NCBI GenBank assembly: GCA_001004885.1
Contig: LCRX01000004.1
Coordinates: 11,178 to 75,177 of the forward strand
Direction of reading: 5' to 3'
Origin: Candidatus Magasanikbacteria bacterium GW2011_GWA2_56_11
GTDB lineage: Bacteria; Patescibacteriota; Patescibacteriia; Magasanikbacterales; UBA922
Length of the DNA stretch: 64,000 nucleotides
This document shows, in pieces, positions 35,948-43,791 of this stretch (position 1 is the stretch's first letter; each line of letters opens with the position of its first letter). Below the pieces are notes generated by a model. It was given only the letters and a program-made list of their open reading frames with translations, was not told the origin of the DNA and did not search any database. Position numbers and translations under genes: made by a program.

Positions 35948-37453
35948 ATGCGGAAATTAAACTGGCAAAAGGCGAGTGTTTGTCTTTTAGGCATATTCTT
36001 TTTGCTGTTTCTATTTTGCCCGCTGCCGACCGGGGCGGAACTTAATAAAGGAGTTAGCTATAAAGCAGTAAACGAGTGCCCTGATCCTGGCACAGGCAAA
36101 AAAATTGCTTTGTTCGTACTGGCTTTGAATCGACCACCGGCTGATTCACCGCCTCCACCTGAGGAGTACTGCGTCCCCGTTACTGACACCCAAAATACGG
36201 TCTCCTTTCAGGATTTGGTTAGTGCCGGTGTTTTCACAGACGATTGGGCAGGAGAAACATATACTTTTTCCGTTTCTGATGGCGCGGGCTGTAATTTAGA
36301 TCCGAAGATTGTCTATTGGAAAGAGGGCGCGCTGAAAGATTTGCCTCAGGCTAAATGGCCAGAACTTTCTCCGGAGATGCCGCTTTCTGGGGCGCAGTTC
36401 GTGGTGAGTGGTAAGGTCGATTATAAATGCATTGTGATGGCAGGGTCGGAACCGGAGTTACAAGACAAAAAAGATTTGAATATTATTTACTTTGTCACCG
36501 ATCCGAAATATGGACCGGAGATGGAGAAGGGGTGGGCGACTCTTGTCCCCAAGGGATTTTATGGGGACTTAGCGTACGACCAAGACGCCATTGATTGGGA
36601 AGGCGCAACAGAGATAAAGGTGGATTTTGGCGCAGTAAAGGAAATCACTGTGTTTGCCGAAGAGGACGGAGCGGGCACCAGTGGGGAGGTAAAAATAGAA
36701 TGCCTTGACTGTAACAAGGACTGGTCCGGGTTTAAGACAGAAAAAATCGAGGGCGGCGAAACAAAGGCAGTTATCAAGGTAGACACCGGCGCCTATTATG
36801 AAAAAATGGGAGTGGAGCTGCCGGCAAAATTTACCGTTAAGCTCAAAGGGACGGTGGGGAGCAAAAAAGGGCCTAGGTACAGCTTCTTTGAGTTTTCCAT
36901 CACCATCAACAAATTCAACTGCGCGGAAAAGAAAACCGGGAGCGACTGCAACAAAAACACGCAGTGTTTCTTTTTTGAAAATATTTGTCAGAGCAAGTAC
37001 GACAAGAATATCTGCAAACAGCTGCCGCAGACCCTGTGCGCCCCGGCGCCGGGCGGCAGCAAGGTTTGCACCTGGAACGAGGCCACCAAGCAGTGTCTCG
37101 AGCCGGTCGCGACGAGCATCGCCGAGAGCTACGGCGTGCCGGACGGCTACAAAGGCCCGCTGCCGCCCTGCGCCTTCTCCGGGACGTGCGACAATATCAA
37201 TATCCTCCTGAATTTGTTTATTGCCCAGGGCAAAGGCATTTTCGGCCTCATCGGCGTGGTGGCGCTCGGCGCTTTCGTTTACGGCGGTTTTATGATGATT
37301 TTCTCTCTCGGCAGCTCCGAGAGGGTAGAGACAGGGAGAAAGGCGATGACCGCGGCCGTAGTCGGGCTCATCATATCCTTTAGCGCTTATATCCTGGTGG
37401 ATTTTGTTCTCGACGCCCTCAAAGTGAGCGATTCATTCAAGGTCATAAAATAA
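35948..37453 (+). CDS. Large secreted Cys-rich protein (501 aa) with C-terminal TrbC/VirB2-like pilin-type domain
   Basis: Signal peptide and a Cys-rich ectodomain. C-terminus IFGLIGVVALGAFVYGGFMMIFSLGSSERVETGRKAMTAAVVGLIISFSAYILVDF. Confidence 0.65.
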   Translation: MRKLNWQKASVCLLGIFFLLFLFCPLPTGAELNKGVSYKAVNECPDPGTGKKIALFVLALNRPPADSPPPPEEYCVPVTDTQNTVSFQDLVSAGVFTDDWAGETYTFSVSDGAGCNLDPKIVYWKEGALKDLPQAKWPELSPEMPLSGAQFVVSGKVDYKCIVMAGSEPELQDKKDLNIIYFVTDPKYGPEMEKGWATLVPKGFYGDLAYDQDAIDWEGATEIKVDFGAVKEITVFAEEDGAGTSGEVKIECLDCNKDWSGFKTEKIEGGETKAVIKVDTGAYYEKMGVELPAKFTVKLKGTVGSKKGPRYSFFEFSITINKFNCAEKKTGSDCNKNTQCFFFENICQSKYDKNICKQLPQTLCAPAPGGSKVCTWNEATKQCLEPVATSIAESYGVPDGYKGPLPPCAFSGTCDNINILLNLFIAQGKGIFGLIGVVALGAFVYGGFMMIFSLGSSERVETGRKAMTAAVVGLIISFSAYILVDFVLDALKVSDSFKVIK

Positions 37454-37462
37454 CCTGCCGCT

Positions 37463-38167
37463 ATGCGCTCTGCCCGCTGGTTTGGCCTCATGGCCGCGTT
37501 CGCGATTTTTGGCGCCGGTTTGGCGTCCACGACTACAGCCCTGGCCGTCGCCTCTCCGAGCAAAGTGCCGCTCATAAATCCGATCGGCGGCACGGTGGCC
37601 AAACCGGAAGGCCAGACCAGCATCCCGAAAATTATCGGGGGCATGATTAAAACCGTTCTCGGGATAATGGGCTCTTTGGCTTTCATTGCTTTTATCTACG
37701 GCGGGTTTGCCTGGCTCACGGCCGCCGGCAACGCCGACCGGGTGCAAAAAGGAACGCAGGCAATGGTATGGGCGGCGATAGGCGTATTTATTGTTTTTTC
37801 GAGTTATGCTATACTCAGTCTAGTTTTTGAGGGACTGGGGATAGAAGACCAGGCGCCGCCGGGTACGACCGTTTGGTGCATCGACAATGCCAACAGCGTG
37901 TGTGCCGAATTTTTGGCGGACGAGTGTCCCGGCTCCCCGTACGTTACCGAACAGGAGTGCCAGACAGTGCTGGAAAATTACCTGGACGCCCCCCCGCCGG
38001 TTGATTTGGAAGGCTGTTTCTGCACCATCGACTCGGTGGCGCAGCAAAAAGTAAGCGGCAGCCCGCTCTATGACGACCCGACAAAATGCGCGGCCGCGAG
38101 CGATACGACCGACCCGGCCCTCGGCCACCTGACCGAATGCGGCTGGATCGGCGGGGCATTTGAATAA
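37463..38167 (+). CDS. Protein with N-terminal TrbC/VirB2-like pilin-type domain and C-terminal Cys-rich domain
   Basis: Signal peptide, then IIGGMIKTVLGIMGSLAFIAFIYGGFAWLTAAGNADRVQKGTQAMVWAAIGVFIVFSSYAIL, followed by a tail containing 9 Cys. Confidence 0.65.
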   Translation: MRSARWFGLMAAFAIFGAGLASTTTALAVASPSKVPLINPIGGTVAKPEGQTSIPKIIGGMIKTVLGIMGSLAFIAFIYGGFAWLTAAGNADRVQKGTQAMVWAAIGVFIVFSSYAILSLVFEGLGIEDQAPPGTTVWCIDNANSVCAEFLADECPGSPYVTEQECQTVLENYLDAPPPVDLEGCFCTIDSVAQQKVSGSPLYDDPTKCAAASDTTDPALGHLTECGWIGGAFE

Positions 38168-38216
38168 AAGAGTAAAGCTATGGAATTTATCTACATAATA
38201 GAAGGGAGGTGATATC

Positions 38217-38723
38217 ATGTCTACGTTAACAAAATTGGCGAAGCACCGGTCGGTTATCGCGGCCGTGTCAGTTTTCGCCCTCGCTGTGGCCCTTTTGCCG
38301 GGTACAGTGTCCGCCAAAGCCGTGGGAGAAACTTGTGTCAAAGATTTGGAGTGCGACGCCGGACTCACCTGCCAGAGCGGTAAATGCGGCAAGGATGTCT
38401 TTGGGTTAAACCCGATCGACGAAGAAGTCGGCAACACCCTCGGCAATGAGGACCTGCGCAGCACCATCGGTCGTTTGATCAACGTGGCGCTCAGCTTGCT
38501 CGGTATCATCGCCGTCGTCATCATTCTCGCCGGTGGCTTCAAGTGGATGACCGCCGGAGGCAATGAAGACAAAGTGGGAGAGGCCCGCAAGATGATCTTT
38601 TCGGGTATTATCGGCCTGGCCATCATATTGTCGGCTTGGGCGATTGCCTTGTTCGTCTTGAATCAGCTTAACAAGGCGACGAACCCGGACGCGTCTGAGG
38701 ATATCTCCGATATTATCGACTAG
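38217..38723 (+). CDS. TrbC/VirB2-like pilin-type protein with small Cys-knot N-domain; first gene of the 9-gene tandem array (candidate major subunit)
   Basis: GAAGGGAGGTG RBS. Signal peptide, CVKDLECDAGLTCQSGKCG, then RLINVALSLLGIIAVVIILAGGFKWMTAGGNEDKVGEARKMIFSGIIGLAIILSAWAIALF. Confidence 0.7.
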   Translation: MSTLTKLAKHRSVIAAVSVFALAVALLPGTVSAKAVGETCVKDLECDAGLTCQSGKCGKDVFGLNPIDEEVGNTLGNEDLRSTIGRLINVALSLLGIIAVVIILAGGFKWMTAGGNEDKVGEARKMIFSGIIGLAIILSAWAIALFVLNQLNKATNPDASEDISDIID

Positions 38724-38730
38724 TTTCCGC

Positions 38731-38765
38731 GGGCAGGGGGTCGCCCCCTGCCCTTGCTCTTTATT
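38731..38765 (+). terminator. Strong GC hairpin GGGCAGGGGG-tcg-CCCCCTGCCC + T-rich tract (terminator/attenuator after first pilin-type gene)
   Basis: Perfect 10-bp stem read from the sequence. Confidence 0.55.
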
Positions 38766-38778
38766 CCCGGTTTGACGG

Positions 38779-38806
38779 GTGATACCTGGCCGGGGCCAGG
38801 TATCAC
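38779..38806 (+). promoter_or_regulatory. Second perfect 11-bp hairpin GTGATACCTGG-ccgggg-CCAGGTATCAC upstream of the next pilin-type gene
   Basis: Read from the sequence, followed by a T-rich region. Confidence 0.45.
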
Positions 38807-38829
38807 GTGTTAAATTCTTTTACTTTTCT

Positions 38830-39267
38830 ATGACTTCGCGCCGCCTTTTCCAGGCCCTGTCCCTGGGTATTATGGCCTGGGCCTCTTTGGTCCAGGTTAC
38901 GTTCGCCGATCCGCCGGCACCCCAGCCGCCATGCGGCATTGACCCCAACGACCCGCTGGCGCTCGACTGCGCCGCGGCCAGCGGACTGGTAGCCACCGAT
39001 CCGCGCCTCATAGCCGCGCGGATTATCAACGTAATTCTGGGCGTTCTAGGCACGGTGGCGACCCTGCTTATCTTCTACGCCGGCTTTCTCTGGATGACGG
39101 CCGCGGGCAACGAAGACCAGGTAACCAAGGCCAAAAGCATTATGTTCAGCGCAGTGGTGGGGTTGGTAATTATTTTGAGCGCCTTCGGCATCTCGACTTT
39201 CATCGTGCGCTACATTTACGAGGCCTCGTCCGGCGCGGGCTACGGTTCGGGCCCGGTCATTCCCTAA
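38830..39267 (+). CDS. TrbC/VirB2-like pilin-type protein
   Basis: Signal peptide MTSRRLFQALSLGIMAWASLVQVTFA and DPRLIAARIINVILGVLGTVATLLIFYAGFLWMTAAGNEDQVTKAKSIMFSAVVGLVIILSAF. The track ORF start at 38779 lies in the hairpin. Confidence 0.7.
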   Translation: MTSRRLFQALSLGIMAWASLVQVTFADPPAPQPPCGIDPNDPLALDCAAASGLVATDPRLIAARIINVILGVLGTVATLLIFYAGFLWMTAAGNEDQVTKAKSIMFSAVVGLVIILSAFGISTFIVRYIYEASSGAGYGSGPVIP

Positions 39268-39293
39268 ACCAACTCTCTTACTTTTAGGCTGTT

Positions 39294-40118
39294 ATGGCAA
39301 ACTTCCGCTCAAAAAGAATCCTGATTGCCGGCTTTGTCGCGGCCGCGGCCTGCTTCTTTTCTTTTTCCGCGGCCCTGGCCCAGTATGGCCTGGCCGAGAC
39401 CGCGAAAAGCGCGGGAATTCCCACCAACAAGAGCATTCCGGTGATACTGGGCGACGCCATCGGCACCGGACTCTCCATGATTTCCGTGGTTTTCTTCGCG
39501 CTCATGCTCTACGCCGGCATCCGCTGGATGATCGCGCGCGGCAATGATGAAGACGCCAAAAAGGCGCAGGATACCATTATTGCCGCGGTTATTGGCATTG
39601 TGATAGTGATTGCCGCCTACGCGCTGACCAATTTTGTTTTTACGAGCGTGGGAATTAGCACCGCCGGCGGGGCGGCGGCGCCCAAGGCTCCGGGCGGGGG
39701 GGCAGCACCGGCAGTACCGGTTGTGCCGGGCGGGGGAGGCGCGCCTGGAGGTTGGCCCGATCCGGTACCCGAACCAGAAATCCCGCCAGGCCCAGGACAA
39801 CCCCCAGGTCCGGGTGCTCCGCAACCACCTGGTGGTTCTAGCGGGGCCTGTGTGCCGAAAAACAATGATGCTTCTTGTCAGAGTCAATTTGAACAACAAT
39901 GGGCAGGTTACAAGGGGGCAGGTGGAACCGCTACGGATGACAACGCCAAGAAAGTTGCCTGTGTCGGAGATGACACAAACGGCTGCACATGGGACATCGC
40001 AGCACAAAAGTGTGTATTGTCCGGGGCTGCCGAACAATGTACAGCTCTTAATGAAGAGCCGGACACCGAGGAAGCGAAGGCGTCTTGTGGAGCAAGTTTT
40101 TACTGTAAGTGGCAGTAA
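39294..40118 (+). CDS. TrbC/VirB2-like pilin-type protein with Gly/Pro-rich linker and C-terminal 8-Cys domain
   Basis: Pilin-type domain LMLYAGIRWMIARGNDEDAKKAQDTIIAAVIGIVIVIAAYAL, then PGGGGAPGGWPDPVPEPEIPPGPGQPPGPGAPQPPG, then a Cys-rich tail. Confidence 0.7.
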   Translation: MANFRSKRILIAGFVAAAACFFSFSAALAQYGLAETAKSAGIPTNKSIPVILGDAIGTGLSMISVVFFALMLYAGIRWMIARGNDEDAKKAQDTIIAAVIGIVIVIAAYALTNFVFTSVGISTAGGAAAPKAPGGGAAPAVPVVPGGGGAPGGWPDPVPEPEIPPGPGQPPGPGAPQPPGGSSGACVPKNNDASCQSQFEQQWAGYKGAGGTATDDNAKKVACVGDDTNGCTWDIAAQKCVLSGAAEQCTALNEEPDTEEAKASCGASFYCKWQ

Positions 40119-40160
40119 AAACAGGGTTCGTTCTGTCAGAAGGTGGATTAACAGTACCGC

Positions 40161-40844
40161 ATGAGCATAAAACCTTTTACACTTAGTTTGCTGGTGCTGG
40201 CCCTAACTCTGGCGCCGGCGTATACGGCGCAGGCCAAGAAAACCCTGGGCGATACGCCGACTGCCCTCAACAGCGCGGTGGCCCCGACCGGCATTGAAAA
40301 AACCGATGTATTGTCCATTAGCGGCAAAGTAGTGAAAGGGGCGCTCGGGATGGTGGGGCTGGTTTTCTTCGTTCTCATGGTCTATGCCGGCATCCGCTGG
40401 ATGACGGCCCGGGGCGACGAGGACGCGGCCAGCAAGTCGCGCGACACGATGATAGCGGCAGTAATCGGACTGATAATAATCGTGGCCTCGTATGCAATTA
40501 CCAGTTTTGTTACCGACCGTATTGTACTGATGCAAACGGCAGTGGATGTTGACGGCTCCGGCCTGAGCGGCGACATGCTGGGAAACGAACCACTGGCCTG
40601 CTGCATCGTGCCGGCCACCGCTAACCCGAACAGTCCGTATACGGCGAGCCTGCGCACCGAGGCCGAGTGCGCCAGTTTGTCCGAGGGCGGGGTGCAGGGA
40701 GCGGACTGGGAAATTTATCATATTCCCAACAATAATTTTACCGTTTGCGAAGCGATCAATAATTGCTGGAATAATCCCAACGGCAGCCAGAGCACTTTTT
40801 TTGCTGAGTGCCTATCCAAGGCAGGCGTAAAGAGCGAACCTTAA
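40161..40844 (+). CDS. TrbC/VirB2-like pilin-type protein with C-terminal Cys-rich domain
   Basis: LVFFVLMVYAGIRWMTARGDEDAASKSRDTMIAAVIGLIIIVASYAI followed by a tail containing 7 Cys. Confidence 0.7.
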   Translation: MSIKPFTLSLLVLALTLAPAYTAQAKKTLGDTPTALNSAVAPTGIEKTDVLSISGKVVKGALGMVGLVFFVLMVYAGIRWMTARGDEDAASKSRDTMIAAVIGLIIIVASYAITSFVTDRIVLMQTAVDVDGSGLSGDMLGNEPLACCIVPATANPNSPYTASLRTEAECASLSEGGVQGADWEIYHIPNNNFTVCEAINNCWNNPNGSQSTFFAECLSKAGVKSEP

Positions 40845-40848
40845 ACCT

Positions 40849-41214
40849 ATGAAGTACTTATATTCTTTTCTACTGGCTGTTCTCGGCCTGGCACCGGGCA
40901 TATTATCGGCCGCCGGTATCCAGAGTTCCGGGCCTAATTTGTCCACGGTAGCCAAAAAAGCCGAGTTTTCGGAAAACGTACTCCTGCCGGAAATAGTCGG
41001 CACGGTTATTAACGCCGTGCTTAGTTTGGTCGGGCTAATTTTTTTGGTCCTCATGGTCTATGCCGGCATACTGTGGATGACGGCTAGGGGCGACGAAAGC
41101 AAGGTGGAGAAAGCGAAAACCATTATCGAGGCTTCGCTTATCGGGCTGTTCATTACGGTCAGCGCCTATGCCATCACCGTATTTCTTACCGGCCGCTTTG
41201 AAACCGCACCCTAA
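40849..41214 (+). CDS. TrbC/VirB2-like pilin-type protein (minimal, 121 aa)
   Basis: Signal peptide plus LIFLVLMVYAGILWMTARGDESKVEKAKTIIEASLIGLFITVSAYAI. Confidence 0.7.
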   Translation: MKYLYSFLLAVLGLAPGILSAAGIQSSGPNLSTVAKKAEFSENVLLPEIVGTVINAVLSLVGLIFLVLMVYAGILWMTARGDESKVEKAKTIIEASLIGLFITVSAYAITVFLTGRFETAP

Positions 41215-41224
41215 TTTATTTTTT

Positions 41225-41677
41225 ATGACCGCTCTCGCCCAAAAGTTTGCCCCCTTCCTGCTGATATTCATTCTCGGACATTTTTTGGCGGCCCCGGCCC
41301 TGGCCCTGAACCTGGGCGGTGGGGACACCGGTAGCACCTGGCAGGCCGCGGACAAGGCCGGGTACGACAAAGCCGGAGAGACGACACTGGCCGAGACGGC
41401 GGGTAAGATAATAAAAATTGTGCTTTCGGTGGTGGGCGTAATATTTACCGCCCTCATGGTTTATGCCGGCATACTGTGGATGACGGCTAGGGGCGACGAA
41501 AGCAAGGTGGAGAAAGCGAAAGATATTATTGAGGCCTCGATAATCGGGCTCGTGATTGCTCTGGCTTCGTACGGACTGACGAGTTTTGTGGTGAATAACG
41601 TGCTCGATCAGACGGCGCCGTCGCCGGCCGCGCCGGAGCCGGTTCCCGAATCTGGTGCAGGGGGTGCTGGCGAGTAG
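41225..41677 (+). CDS. TrbC/VirB2-like pilin-type protein with short Ala/Pro-rich tail
   Basis: VIFTALMVYAGILWMTARGDESKVEKAKDIIEASIIGLVIALASYGL. The track ORF starts at 41168; Met20 is used. Confidence 0.7.
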   Translation: MTALAQKFAPFLLIFILGHFLAAPALALNLGGGDTGSTWQAADKAGYDKAGETTLAETAGKIIKIVLSVVGVIFTALMVYAGILWMTARGDESKVEKAKDIIEASIIGLVIALASYGLTSFVVNNVLDQTAPSPAAPEPVPESGAGGAGE

Positions 41678-41726
41678 TAGTTTTTTGTCCGGCATTTAAC
41701 GGTCGTCCTCCTCTAAGGATATACTT

Positions 41727-42155
41727 ATGCCCTTCTGGTACAAAATAAACGTGATGGTGCTCCTGGGGGCTTTTACCCTCACAGCCTCTCCGGCAGCCGC
41801 GGCTCCGAAATTCCTGGGTGATATAGACAAGCAACTGAACGCCGGAGCCGGGACTGCCGGCCTGGCCGCCAAGAATGTCGCCCCGGCCGATCCGCGCCTA
41901 GTGGCCGCCAGCTTTATCCAGACGATACTCAAGGTGCTAGGCGTGGTTTTCGTCGTCCTTATTGTTACGGGCGGTTTCCGTCTGGTCAAAGCCAACGGCG
42001 ACGAGAGTAAGATTGAAGAGGGCACGAAGACCGTCCAGATGGCGGTCATCGGGCTTTTGGTAGTTTTGTTTGCCTACAGCATCGCCTGGTTTGTCGGCAC
42101 CCAGATCCAAAAAGCTATTAATAACGCCGCGCAGGCGACCTCTGCCGGCAGCTGA
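41727..42155 (+). CDS. TrbC/VirB2-like pilin-type protein
   Basis: DPRLVAASFIQTILKVLGVVFVVLIVTGGFRLVKANGDESKIEEGTKTVQMAVIGLLVVLFAYSIAWF. Confidence 0.7.
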   Translation: MPFWYKINVMVLLGAFTLTASPAAAAPKFLGDIDKQLNAGAGTAGLAAKNVAPADPRLVAASFIQTILKVLGVVFVVLIVTGGFRLVKANGDESKIEEGTKTVQMAVIGLLVVLFAYSIAWFVGTQIQKAINNAAQATSAGS

Positions 42156-42158
42156 CCT

Positions 42159-42668
42159 ATGAGACAGTTCGCAGTCGCCACTGTTTTTTTAGCCGCCTTT
42201 GCCGCTTTGGCCGCGGTTAGTTTGTCGCCCGGCAGGGCCGGCGCGCAGTCTTTGGCCGACGAAATTAACAAGCAGAGCGGCGCTTTTGCCGGAACGCAAG
42301 GCGCCAATTTAAAGAATGCCGATCCGCGCCTGCTCATGGCCCAGATAATTAAAATCTTTCTGACCCTTATCGGGACACTTTTTCTCGCCTACACCACCTA
42401 TGGCGGTTTCCTTGTTTTTACCGCGGCCGGCGACGCGGACAGGATCGAACACGCCAAAAAGATTATCTTCTACGGCAGTATCGGGGTGTTGATCGTCTTG
42501 ACTGCCTACAGCATCGCCTGGTTTATCTGGCAAATGTGGCTTGACGCGCAAAATCAAAATCCGTTTGGCAGCTTTTTCGAGTGGGGCGTGCAGCCGGACA
42601 CCAGCCAGTTTTACATCAAAGATCCGCTTTACGGACCGACAGTGCCAAAAGAGCTGGGCCCTCTCTAG
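42159..42668 (+). CDS. TrbC/VirB2-like pilin-type protein (last of tandem array)
   Basis: DPRLLMAQIIKIFLTLIGTLFLAYTTYGGFLVFTAAGDADRIEHAKKIIFYGSIGVLIVLTAYSIAWF. Confidence 0.7.
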   Translation: MRQFAVATVFLAAFAALAAVSLSPGRAGAQSLADEINKQSGAFAGTQGANLKNADPRLLMAQIIKIFLTLIGTLFLAYTTYGGFLVFTAAGDADRIEHAKKIIFYGSIGVLIVLTAYSIAWFIWQMWLDAQNQNPFGSFFEWGVQPDTSQFYIKDPLYGPTVPKELGPL

Positions 42669-43780
42669 AGCGACGAAAGAATCGTACGCAAAATACACCG
42701 CGCCGCCGGTGTATTTTTTGTTTCCGGCGCTGGCTTGGTCTGTGGCCGGTCAAGGCAGTCCTTTACCCGCTCGATGATTTCCGGCACGGAATTGGCCGCG
42801 GCTCCGCCGCCGGTGGCGGCCAGAAAACGGGCATTGCCTTCTTCCTGGCCGGGAATGGGACTAACGGCGATGAGAGGCCGGCCGAGCACCTCGCACTCGG
42901 CCATGGTCAGCCCGCCGGGTTTGCTAATGACGGCGGCGGCCAGGCGCAGGTAATCATCCAGCCGGTCGGTCCACCCCAGAACGCCGAACGTAATGTGCGG
43001 GGGGGCGGCCAGACGGCACAGTTCACGGTAAAGTCCGCGGTTTTGGCCGGCGACAGCGATAACTGTTAAGGGGCGGGAAATAGAGAACAACGCGGACACG
43101 ATACGCTGCGTGTCTATGAGTCCTTGGCCGCCGGATAAGACCAAAAGCATTGGCCGGCCGGGCGGAATCTCGCACGAGCGGTAAAGCGCCGCCGGCTCGC
43201 GCTGTTCATAAAAGCGGGGGTGGACCGGTATTCCGCTCACCATGACCCTGTCGGACGCTATTTTAGTTTCGCGTATCACCGCGAGGCGCAGCTCTGCTGT
43301 CGGGACAAAGTAAAAACTGGCGCCGGGGGCGGACCAGTATTGATGGAAGCTGTAATCGGTAACCACAACCGAGAACGGTACGGGCGAAAAAAAACGTTCA
43401 GGCGGCCTGGCCAGAGCCTGGGCCGCGATGCCGTTCGTGCAGATGATATGGTCGGGCCCAAAGCGGGTGATAGCCTGGTACAGGCGGCGGGCGGCCAGTG
43501 GTTTGAGCGGGGCGGTAAGGAGGCTGAAAATTTCGTGCGCCGGCCGGTAGTTGGTCGTCTGGTAAAACATTTTCCAGGCGAAAGGCAGATAACGCGCCAA
43601 AAGGTGGAAAGAAGAGATGAATCCGGTTCCGAGCCCTAAATCCAGGTAGCGGGAAATTTCTATATGCTTGATGACTGCCTCCGGGCACTCCTGCCTGGCA
43701 GCGGCCGCTATAGCCTCGGCCGCCCGGACATGACCGGAGCCGGCCGCGAGAGAAAGCAGGAGGAGGCGGTGGCGGGCCAT
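42665..43780 (-). CDS. Glycosyltransferase family 28 (MGDG synthase / UgtP / MurG-like)
   Basis: N-terminus LLLSLAAGSGHVRAAEAIAAA is the GT28 glycolipid-synthase type, with a C-terminal GT-B half (KPGGLTMAECEVLGRPLI). Confidence 0.65.
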   Translation of the reverse strand: MARHRLLLLSLAAGSGHVRAAEAIAAAARQECPEAVIKHIEISRYLDLGLGTGFISSFHLLARYLPFAWKMFYQTTNYRPAHEIFSLLTAPLKPLAARRLYQAITRFGPDHIICTNGIAAQALARPPERFFSPVPFSVVVTDYSFHQYWSAPGASFYFVPTAELRLAVIRETKIASDRVMVSGIPVHPRFYEQREPAALYRSCEIPPGRPMLLVLSGGQGLIDTQRIVSALFSISRPLTVIAVAGQNRGLYRELCRLAAPPHITFGVLGWTDRLDDYLRLAAAVISKPGGLTMAECEVLGRPLIAVSPIPGQEEGNARFLAATGGGAAANSVPEIIERVKDCLDRPQTKPAPETKNTPAARCILRTILSSL

Positions 43781-43791
43781 GGCGCGTTTGG

